Shown: positions 8,802 to 18,298 of the stretch, piece by piece
Layout: each line of letters opens with the position of its first letter
Numbering within the stretch: the stretch's first letter is position 1
Source of the DNA: an uncultured Methanomicrobiales archaeon
GTDB taxonomy: Archaea > Halobacteriota > Methanomicrobia > Methanomicrobiales > Methanospirillaceae
DNA: 18,298 bases
Reading direction: 5' to 3'
NCBI GenBank assembly: GCA_963758915.1
Contig: CAVWXH010000013.1
Span: 1-18,298, forward strand
Translations under genes and position numbers: made by a program
The notes under the pieces: model-generated
What the model was told of the DNA's origin: nothing
Seen by the model: the letters and a program-made list of their open reading frames with translations, nothing else
The model's database searches: none

Positions 8802-9521
8802 TTACTGTGTCCGTGCTGGACCGGACGTGGTACACCGGTACCTGCGAAATTGGTATTACCATTATAGGTGGCTTTGATCGAATGGGTACCTGCTGAAAGC
8901 GAGGATACGTCCAGGTATGTCCCGCCGGAACTGTTCAGGGTCGAGGTCCCGAGAATCACCAGTCCGTCAGTGAAGGTGACAGTTCCGGTAGGAATCCCTG
9001 CACCGGGAGTCGATACCGCAACTGAAGAGGTGAACCTCACCGTCTGACTGTAGATCGATGGAGTTGTTGATGACGCAACCGTAGTTATGGTTACTGCCGG
9101 TAATACGGTCTGGGTTAGGCTGCCGCTTGTACTCGTTGCCCAACCATTCGCCCCATTATATACTGCGGTGACGCTATGTGACCCTACCGCCAGCGAGCTG
9201 GTTGGCAACGTCGCATAACCAGAAGAATTGAGGGGGACTGTCCCCAGTGAGGTCGTACCATCGTTGAATGTCACCGTGCCATCTGTTATGGGGATATTAC
9301 CCGTAAAGGAATCATACCATGTTACATTCGCGGTAAATGTAACTGGTTCGCCAAAATCAACCCTGAATGTTATTGTCTGGCCATATTCAGACGGGCTTGG
9401 TGAAGAACTCAGAAAAATGGGTATCGTGACCTTATCGGCAGCTGAAACATGAGTGACCAGCCCTGGAACAAGGATCAGGTCCTACGATGGTAATGAGTAG
9501 TAACATTCTTATGCTTTTCAT
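8802..9521 (-). pseudogene. Secreted Ig-like (Big_3-type) repeat protein, frameshifted
   Basis: ATG at 9521 with an AGGTGG RBS; signal peptide MKSIRMLLLITIVG/LILVPGLVTHVSA after removing one base near 9479; two Big_3-like domains (GTVTF.DG...LG...LNSSG...SSL..G.HS..A.YNG); frame change near 8830-8841 and TAA at 8802-8804. Confidence 0.75.
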
Positions 9522-9937
9522 CACACTACCACCTTGCGTGAATTCTTTTTATTCAGTCCCTTGAGACTTGTATTAATACATAATGTACCTGTGAATAGCA
9601 TCGACATCATGATTTGGCTCCCCCTTAATCTGACAGAAAAATCTTTCTTTTCTGATTAGATAGAAAAAATTCTTCCATTGCTCAATTAATAAATATACCG
9701 GAATAAAATTCTGATGCCCCAACAACTGTGGGGGATTATTCGACATGCTCTATTATTTAATGACCATTAGGAGGGTCAATCAGGTAGTGTCTGATGCGAA
9801 AAAGGTCGCTTTACAATTTTTATCATCATTGAAAGAATATTTGTGAAAAAAATACTTGGCTTTCTGTATTCAATTAGATTGCGAATGGACCTAACCAGAA
9901 ATAAATTATGAAAACCCCGTCAACTTCTCTATCATTT

Positions 9938-9946
9938 AAAAAAAAA
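9938..9946 (-). terminator. Oligo-T archaeal terminator
   Basis: T9 on the minus strand, 4 nt after the reconstructed TAG stop at 9951-9953. Confidence 0.55.
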
Positions 9947-9950
9947 GTTA

Positions 9951-12900
9951 CTAATCAGCGGTTAGCATGACTGTCCAGAGAATGCCCGTTATTGTGTCGA
10001 AATTCCGGACTATGTTTTCATTTATGCTATCCCTGACACTTCCGTAGTAGTATTCATGTGCCTTCAGCTGCCATCTGACTGCTTGAAGGAGTCTCGGGAA
10101 TTGTTGTCGTGAACTGCTTCGATCTAGGCTGATATGAACTACGCGGAATAGTGTTTGACAGAATGGTTTTTTTCACTCCACCTTTTACTCCTGATGTGGA
10201 AGAAGTCCCCACGTTCACGGTATCTGTCAGGATATCACCGAATGGGATTTCTACAGGCCCTGATTTTGTCTGGAGCGTGTAAAAAAGCGAGAACCGGAGT
10301 GGATAGGAGCCGTTGTTCATCGGGCAGGGCACGTTGATTTTCACCGGGAAAGAGTAGGAATCGCCGGGGTGCACCACGACGCCAGTGGGAATGGGGTATT
10401 TTGACGGGTCGAAGGTGAACCCGCTCGTTGACGAGGTGGCCAGGTAAACCCCGTTGCCTGATGACCAGTTCAGGGTCCCCGTGTTTTTCACGGTCAGCAG
10501 GACGTTATACGAGGTGCAGGGCTGCATGTTCTGCGGTATGTTGTTGGCAGTGAATGATGCATCGTAGGGCAGAGGGATGTCCGGGGAGGGCGGGATGACT
10601 ACATTGTATGAGCCGGATGGTGAAGGTGACGGAGTGGGTGTGGGAGTTGGTAGCACAAGTGGATAATAGTCGATATTCTGCCCGCCGGGTATCATAATCT
10701 GGTAGAGAGATGAGCTGGTGCTGCCGGTCAGATTGTATTGTTCGGTGAACCCCATCCCCATATCCGGATGTGTCTGCGACCAGCCGGTACCTGAGGGGGT
10801 TGCCCAGTAGTTGCCGCCGATATAGGGGCCGTTGACGATATTAGGCCCGGCTGTGGGGGTGACACTCCAGGTATTGTTTAAGGTTGAAATGGTGGAATAT
10901 ATTCCCCCACCGGGAGGGGCCGTGGTCAACAAAAACCGGGTATTGTTGTTATTGTTGAAGTAGTTATTATAGATCACATTATCGTAGGAATTGCTCAACG
11001 ATATTCCATACCCGTTATTATAGGTAATGTAGTTACCGCTGATTGTGTTGTTTTGTGAATTGTCGGTAAGGTTGAAACCGTCCAGGTGGTTCCGAGTTGC
11101 TGTGTTCCCGGTGAGGTTACAATTGCGAGCATCATACAGCGAGAAACCGTTGAGGTTATCCGACGCCGTATTTTGCGAAAGTGTGGTATTATACATACCC
11201 CCTGACCCACTAAGATAGAACCCGTTTCCGGTATTATGTAACGCATTATTGCCAGTCAGGACATTCGAATATGCAGAATCGAGGAAGAACCCGTTCTGGG
11301 TATTATTCAGTGCATAATTGCCAGACAGGGTATTATAATGGGAACCCCCAGTTAGTTCAAATCCGTTTCGTGTGTTATTGAAGGCAGTATTACCGGTGAG
11401 GGTATTTGAGTTGGAGGTGAGGAGATAGAACCCGTCTATGTGATTCCCGGTAGCATTGTTGCCGGTGAGGGTGTTGTAGTGTGAGTCATCAAGGTAAATA
11501 CCATAATCCTGATTTCCACCGGATTCAGAATTAGAGGCCGAGTTATTCAGAATATTGTTCCAGGTTGAGCCGTAACTAAGGTAAATCCCTGTGTTCCCGT
11601 TATCGTCGGCGAAGTTGCTGGTGAGGTTGTTCCCGTTTGAGGAGGAGAGCATGAACCCGTCAAAATTATGGGCGGCGGTGTTACCGGTGAGGTTGTTCCA
11701 GTTTGAGTCGGAGAGCATGAACCCCCAAAATGCATTATCTGTGGCTTTGTTGAGGGTAAGGTTGTTCGAGTCGGAGAGCATGAGAGAGAACCCATTGCCA
11801 TTCCCAGTGGCGGTATTGCGGCTGATAGTTGTAGAGTTGGAGAACACGAGAATGAACCCGCTTCCCCCATTAACATACCCATTGTTTGTGGCGTTGTTGT
11901 TCGTGAGGGTGTTAGTGTCGGATTTCAAGAGATAGAACCCTTGATCGTAGTTATCAGTGGCGGTATTGCCTGCAAGGGTGTTATCGTCAGACTCTTCGAG
12001 ATAGAACCCGTGTCCCTCAGAATTTCCCGTGGCGTTGTTCCCGAAGAGGTTGTTGTTGCTCGATCCCGATAGGTGGAACCCATAACCATTGCCTGCAATG
12101 CCGCCACTACCCCCATTGCCCCCATAATTCATGGATGCATTGTTCCCTGTAAGGTTGTTTCCTCTCGATTCCAGGAGGTAGATGCCATAACCGCTTCCAC
12201 CGGTTCCACCGTAATTCCCGCTGCCATCGCCTCCGTTTCCGCCATAATTCCCGCTGCCGTTGTTCCCAGTGAGATTATTGTAGCTCGAACTGGTGAGGTA
12301 CATTCCGTACCCACTGCCGCCATCGCCGCCCTCTGCCCTGCTTCGGCCTCCGCTACCGCCGTAATTCCCACTGGCATTGTTACCGGTGAGGTTGTTAAAG
12401 CTCGAACTTGTGAGAGATATTCCGTACCCACTGCCGCCGTTTCCGCCATCGCCGCCCATAAGGCCGGCGTTTCCACCACCGCCGCCCCCATTCCAATTCA
12501 CTGTGTTCCCCGTAAGGTTGGTTAGACTCGAACCAGTCAGAGAGATCCCATAGCCATTGCCGCCACCGCCGCCGCTAGTGCCGCCACTAACGAAGCCGCC
12601 ACCGCCGCCGAAATTCCTGCTGGCATTGTTTTCGATGAGGTAGGTAAAATCCGAACCAGTCAGAGAGATCCCATAGCCATTGCCGCCAAGGCCGCCAGTT
12701 ACACCTCTTCCGCCAGTTCCACCATAATTCGCGCTGCCGTTGTTCCCGATGAAGTAGGTAAAACTCGAACCATTCAGAGAGATTCCGCCGCCATTACCGC
12801 CCACACCACCACTACCACCGCTGCCGTCAGCTAGTGCCACCGGTGCCACCCGAATTTCCGTTCGCGGTGTTCCCGGTCAGGTTTATGAGGCTCGAAACGG

Positions 12901-15153
12901 TAAGATATACTCCATATCCGCTGCCGCCTCCTCCCCCGCCTCCGGAGTGAGGAATGGAACCACTGCTGCCAACGCCACCCGAATTTCCGTTCGCGGTGTT
13001 CCTGGTCAGGTTGATGAGGCTCGATCCGGTAAGGTAGATGCCATAGCCATTGCCGCCACCGCCGCCATCACCGCCCGCACCACCGTTGCCACCGTAATTT
13101 CCATTCGCGGTGTTCCCGGTCAGGTTGATGAGACTCGATCCGGCAAGATATATTCCGTATCCCTTACCGCCGTTGCCACCGATGCCAGAATCGACGCCAC
13201 TACCACCGCTGCCGGCATTATTTCTGTCAGCGGTGTTTCCGGTCAGGTTGATGAGGCTCGATCCGGTAAGGTAGATACCGTATCCATTGCCACCGTTGCC
13301 ACCACCGTAACTGTGACCGCCAACGCCTCCGTCATTCTCAATAGCGATGTTCCCGGTCAGGTTGGTTAGGCGGGAACCGGTAAGGTAGATACCGTACCCG
13401 TTGCCACCGGTGCCGCCAGATGTCTGTTGTAGTGTATTTGCGCCGCCAAGGCCGCCGTAATTCCCATATCCGGTATTATTGATGAGGTCGCTGTAATCCG
13501 ATTCCGCAAGGTAAATACCGTACCCGTTGCCTCCATTACCCCTCCTAATAAGGGTGTTCCCGTCACCTCCACTACCACCAGCGTTCGCATTCGCGGTATT
13601 ATTGATGAGGCGGTTGTAGTTCGATCCGGTAAGGTAGATACCGGTCCCATTGCCACCGGTGCCGCCAACAACGACACCCCCGCTGCCGTAATTCCCATTC
13701 GCGGTGTTGTTAAAAAGCGTATTATTAGAAGATCCGGCAAGATAGATCCCGTATGCATTATTGCCGGGGTTACTGTTGCCATTATTATTCGCGGTATTAT
13801 TGATGAGGTTGATATTATTTGAGTCCAGGATGACAATGCCTGCATTTTTGTTATTATTCGCCTGTACATAACTCACCTCAATATATTGTGAATTATTAAG
13901 CACAACTCCACTTCCAGAGTTGGATATCTCGACATTGCTGTCAGGCGCTTCATTTGCAGTAATATTCGTAAAAACCGATTCTATTATATCCCCTCTCACA
14001 TTATTGAAGAATATTCCGGCTATATTGAAATTGATCAACGTAATATTGGTGATGCTGATGCCGTGGAGTGCATTCTCCGGGGTGTCAAGGAAGGTGCCGT
14101 AGCTGTCTGCACTCTGGTTGTTGACGATAATACCGTAATCTGTCTTCCCTTCACCGTTTAGGGTCGCACCCATTCCATCGAAGATCACGTTTGACCAATT
14201 AATAAGGATTGCAAAGCCGCCATAACTGCCATAATCGAAATTTGAGAATGTATTGTTCACCGGGTTAAATGCGACACCTATAACCTCGGTATTATGTGCA
14301 TCATTCAAGTCCATCGTCCAGATTTCTGAATAGTTTACAACCCATCCCGTTATTCCGATGTAATACGGGTTGTCTGCCGAGGTATTCAGTGGCGGGTCCA
14401 CCCACGTGTAATTGTTTCCAGCAACCTGGCAGGGATATCGGGTAACGGGGTTCGTCTGGTTCAACGGGGAGGATGGATTATCCGGTGAAATTGATCCGAA
14501 TAGGCCGGTCTCGTTTGTCACTATGGGCCCTGGAAAACGTCTCATTCCCAAAGGGTTCTCATTTGCGGTTAGTAATGGGGTGAGTTGAACAGTAGGGATT
14601 TCAGTAGGAACCGCAGTAGTTTCCGTAGTTGTAGGAACCACCGTTGGTTGTACAGTAGGGATTCCGGTTGGAACAACTGTAGTTTCCGTAGTTGTGGGGA
14701 CCTCAGTAGGTTGTACGGTAGGGATTTTAGTTGGAACCACAGTAGTATCCGCAGTTGTAGGAACCACCGTTGGTTGAACAGTAGGGATTTCGGTAGGAAC
14801 CGCAGTAGTATCCGCAGTTGTGGGACCTCAGTAGGTTGAACAGTAGGGATTTCGGTAGGAACCGCAGTAGTTTCCGCAGTTGTGGGGACCTCAGTAGGTT
14901 GTACGGTAGGGATTTCAGTTGGAACCACAGTAGTATCCGCAGTTGTAGGGACCTCAGTAGGTTGTACAGTAGGAATTTCGGTAGGAACCGCAGTAGTTTC
15001 CTCCGCCAAAGGAATTATTGTCGGCCCGTTAGTCACCATTACATCCGGGATTTCCCCGGTCACTGTTTCATTCTCTGCAAAAACCGGTATGAAAAGCACG
15101 GATAAAATCGTGCATACCAAAATCAAGCCGTAGATCTTACTATTCTGATACAA
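9951..15153 (-). CDS. Giant secreted surface protein (~1733 aa reconstructed): signal peptide, Pro/Thr repeats, Gly-loop and NosD-type parallel beta-helix, PT linker, NBR1-like Ig domain; split by three single-base indels
   Basis: Joins ORFs 14569..15153, 12827..14767 and 10054..12849 plus a 40-codon tail to the TAG at 9951. Indels: missing G at 14822-14824, extra base near 12833, inferred extra base near 10071; 5203+1-1-1=5202 nt keeps the frame. NosD cap IYNNYFNN...GPNIVNGPYIGGNYW; NBR1-like VKNTGTLNW...VHPGDSYSF; TTG start. Confidence 0.8.
12085..13753 (-). repeat. 14 tandem coding repeats of ~35-43 aa: a beta-helix coil plus a glycine-rich insert
   Basis: Unit YGI(Y/S)LxxSxxxxLxxNxAxxN followed by xGGxGG-variable-GGxGGxG; counted by eye across the 12833 frameshift. 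Confidence 0.85.
14584..15001 (-). repeat. 63 bp tandem repeat (~6.6 copies) encoding the 21 aa Pro/Thr unit ETTAVPTEIPTVQPTEVPTTA
   Basis: Anchor gttgWacRgtagg at 14584, 14647, 14710, 14773, 14835, 14898 and 14961; spacings are 63 except one of 62. Confidence 0.92.
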
Positions 15154-15336
15154 TTTGTGGTCCCCCTACTGCATCGTGATCCAGGGAGGTTTCCACGTTC
15201 CATCACTACTGTGATCTAATGCAAACCTCGATAATACTGGAGCCTAATTCAGTTACTATTTCAAGTAACCTGATAATGATTTCTTTTTTGAATTTTCACA
15301 GAAAAAAGAGTTATTCATCCGGCAGCGAGGAAATCA

Positions 15337-17623
15337 CTACCCTGTGCTGCTTTCACCAAAAAGAGGGGAATACGATTCAAACGTCAGGGTCAGCTGGTGG
15401 GTACCTGGTGTCCCGTTAATCCGGAGGAAATCCCTGGCATGAGGGGTCCGAAGTGTTGCACCCCGTGAACTGTTGACCGTCTCCTCCCAGGAAATAATGG
15501 CGAAATCATCGAACTCCGCGATGCTTGTGGTTTTCGGTGATGCCGAATGGTGGATAAAGACCTGGAGTGCCCGTGGATCTGCAACCGGATCTCTCGGGAC
15601 TGCAGGGTCGTCGGGTGGCATATGGATATCGGAGACATACTGCTGCCACGGGAATGTACCTCCCGGGATTGCCAGGACCTCCTCCTCGCCAAATGTCATC
15701 CCCCCGCTACCGTCCACAGGGTCTTCGCTTGCAAGGTACTTTGCGATAACTTTCACGGGCCCCGCATCCTGGCCGCGGATATAACCAAGGAATGTGAGAT
15801 TTTTATTCGGAGTCTGGCCCCGGGCATCCCCCATCACACGGATCCTGTTCCTGAAGGGTATCACGGAATCCGCACTATTACCAAAATGGCGTATACTCAT
15901 AAGGTTCTGGGTTCCACGGTATGGTTGTAACACGGCCATTTCCACAGAACCCATGTTTGTATCCCAATGGTTCGTCTCCCCGGTCATCTCATCGACATCC
16001 CAGTCTTCAAAGTCCCCGTAGACCATCAGGTCACGCCCGAGCCGGACCTGGCTTTTCGTAACATTATCCCTGATATCTGCCAGTGATTCGTTGCTTTTCG
16101 CAAGCTGTCGGAGGTCCACGACAGCTGAACCTGATGCCGGGACCGTGATATTCACCATAACTGTCCTTTCATGTACCGCTGCCTGCTTTTTCCCGAGTGC
16201 CACCCAGCCCTGCCCGTTATAGGGATAGACGGGATAGGGAGAGTCCCGTGAAAATTCACCGATCCTTCGCAGGAGCAGGTCCGCAGCGTCGCCGGAAAGT
16301 GGGACTGGTGTATAATTGCCGATGTAGACCGGTATGAGCCGCACCGACTGCACCTCTTCCCCTCTCATGTCAACCCGGGCAAGGAGGCCAAGCATCGTCT
16401 CGTGGCGCTCGGCATCAAATGCCATGTTGCCAAGCCCTTTAATCACGACGATACCATCCCTTATCCCCACACCTTCTGCAATATGGGAATGTTCTGACAC
16501 CACAAGCGCTGCCCCGGAGTTCATCACCAGGTCCATCCTGCCGCTGATGTAATCCGGTGTATCATAGACATATTCATCGCCCCCGTGGATCTGGACTATC
16601 GGGACATATCCCGCGTCTGTTTCACGCTGGATGGCGGCAGTCACCCTCGTTGTGTCTTTCAGGTTAGCCGACCCTCCCTTGTGGTCAGACTGCAACATAA
16701 TCGATGGGATGTTCGATACCATCGATTGAATTCATCGCGAGGAAAGCGTAGGGGGTCCCGTTCAGAACGACCCGGTACGCATTGAACGCCTCTGTGACAT
16801 TACGTCCTGCACCACTATTGGAAATACCTACGGCTTTCAGGGAATCAAGGGTATCTGAGATCCCCTGCTCCCGGTAATCATAGACATGGTTGTTCCCGAG
16901 AGAAACATAAGAAACACCCATCCATTTCAGTGCAGGCAGGGAACCCGGCAGGGTCATTAAAACGTAATCTTTTGTCTGGTGAGGGGTTGATACATTTGCA
17001 GTTACGGGGGACTCAAGGTTCACGCTGCTGAAATCAGCGTCCTGGAAAAATGGCCGGATGTACTGGACAACCCCGCGTGTCCCGGGTTCGGGGTCTGAAA
17101 CGCTGATAAGGGCACTTTTGTTATCTGGCGGCACCTGGTCCCTCGGGGTTTTTTCCAGGGGGTCGATATAACGGCGCCCGAAATGTGTGTCCCCGCCGAA
17201 CAGGAACCGGACCTGGCCGGGGTCGGCTACGGTCATGTAGACCGGGGCCATCTCCACTTCCTTCACCAGGACCGGCAGGAAAAGGTGGACCGGGATGAAC
17301 TCTTTCCGGTAGCCGGGTGCATCGATCGCCGCCATGTTGTTCTGGCGTGATAAGCCGCTGACAGTAAACTTACCGTCAGCACTGGTTGTGACAGTCCTGT
17401 CCTTCAGGGATACTGTTGCCCCGCCAAGTGGTGTTCCATTCACGCCAAGCACGGTGCCACGGAGGCTGATCGTCTCCGTCAGTACCTGCTGGCGTGCCAT
17501 CTTTTCCCTTGCCACGGCATCATTGCCGGCCAACGTCAGAATAACAGCAGCGACCACGACTGTACAAATTACCAGGAACAGGATCGCCAGGTAATAGTTC
17601 CTCCTGCAGGGTTTCATCGTCAT
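15337..17623 (-). CDS. CapA/PgsA-family (PGA_cap metallophosphatase-like) membrane-anchored protein, ~761 aa reconstructed, split by one +1 frameshift
   Basis: N-terminal TM segment; carboxypeptidase-regulatory-like domain (GTV...GTPLGGATV...TSADGKF...APGY); GGDTHFGR, NLESP, LGNNHVYDY, HGGDEY, EHSH, GLGN; the two ORFs join by deleting one base near 16689 (YVA-(S/A)DHKGG); long C-terminal extension. Confidence 0.82.
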
Positions 17624-17709
17624 GGTGCCTCACCCGGATAAACCGTTCATGTATATGCTATGCCCGGGAGGTTATCTTTTTTTCCGGTATACTTCCAGGA
17701 ACTGTTCAG

Positions 17710-17725
17710 AAAAAAATTAAAAAAA
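17710..17725 (-). terminator. Oligo-T archaeal terminator
   Basis: Two T7 runs on the minus strand about 22 nt after the stop at 17748. Confidence 0.5.
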
Positions 17726-17747
17726 TTAAGCCCCCGGACCAGCCCGT

Positions 17748-18119
17748 TCAGGCATTTGGCAATACAGCCTTGACTGCTTCGAGGAGGGCTGCCTTGTTCA
17801 GGGGTTTTGCAACGAACTCATCAGCCCCGTTTTTCTTTGCAAGTTCCACATCTCTTGGCGACCAGTCCCCGGTGACCATCAGTTTTTTCATAGCCGGATC
17901 GATCTGGTGGATCTGCCCTCAGGAGTTCTGTACCATGCATATCAGGAAGGTTATTATCGAGAAGACAGACCTGGAACTGACCCTGACTTCACTTTTTCGA
18001 GTGCCTCATGTGCAGTGAGCTGCCGTATCAACCTTGTAGCCGTTACTCTCAAGCACCATGCGGAAAATATTGAGAATATTTTCCTCATCATCGACAACGA
18101 GGATTGTTACATCAGGCAT
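17748..18119 (-). pseudogene. Single-domain CheY-like response regulator (~122 aa), interrupted by three +1 insertions and absent from the ORF track
   Basis: Manual translation: MPDVTILVVDDEENILNIFRMVLESNGYKVDTAA/TAHEALEKVKSG/QFQVCLLDNNLPDMHGTELLR/QIHQIDPAMKKLMVTGDWSPRDVELAKKNGADEFVAKPLNKAALLEAVKAVLPNA. DD, the phospho-Asp, T and KP are all conserved; AAGGAG RBS; insertions near 18017, 17980 and 17917. Confidence 0.85.
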
Positions 18120-18298
18120 TGGACCAGGGACTCCTTTAAATCCATTTTATGGTTAAATGGTACTGAAAATGATAGTAAATAATGATTTCTTCTTCTTCGG
18201 TCCTGTTTTCTGATAATATCCATTTCGTTGTTGGTTATCGTATACTGGATAAAAATACAATTCCGGTATTGCAAAAGCCAGGTGAACTATAAACCAGG

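Noticed and set aside
12085-13753. Diversity-generating retroelement acting on the variable loops
   Set aside because: No reverse transcriptase and no template/variable repeat pair differing only at adenines
14569-14821. Repeated LRILLRFLPKSLLFNQRW tail of ORF 14569..15153
   Set aside because: Out-of-frame reading of the Pro/Thr tandem repeat after the missing G
12827-16687. Selenocysteine or stop read-through at the TGA codons ending ORFs 12827..14767 and 16685..17623
   Set aside because: The downstream coding sequence is in a different frame, so read-through would not join the proteins
8500-18030. Programmed ribosomal frameshifting as the cause of the split genes
   Set aside because: No slippery heptamers at the junctions, and three shifts in a 122 aa receiver domain is implausible

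Overview
Archaeal DNA, most consistent with a Methanomicrobiales methanogen (inferred from the archaeal RNase J, ApgM, NosD-type surface protein and a sheath-protein-like fragment). The left half (1-8240) holds intact housekeeping-type genes: a CPA2 cation:proton antiporter, RNase J, an EFR1-type flavodoxin/ferredoxin, and a minus-strand operon of apgM, a methyltransferase-like protein and a bPH membrane protein. Between rnj and the ferredoxin lies a 1.65 kb non-coding stretch with a long structured rnj leader and dispersed hairpin repeats. The right half (8426-18119, all minus strand) looks like a cell-envelope island. It carries an Ig-repeat gene joined to the C-terminal part of a sheath-protein (MspA-like) sequence, a ~1730 aa beta-helix surface protein with 14 glycine-rich hairpin inserts, a ~760 aa CapA-family protein and a CheY-like receiver. 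Every one of these right-half genes is broken by small indels (about 10 in total), and many sit in or next to AGCT/CAGCTG. This points to methylation-associated long-read errors, although real decay cannot be excluded. Family assignments come from motif recognition, not database searches.
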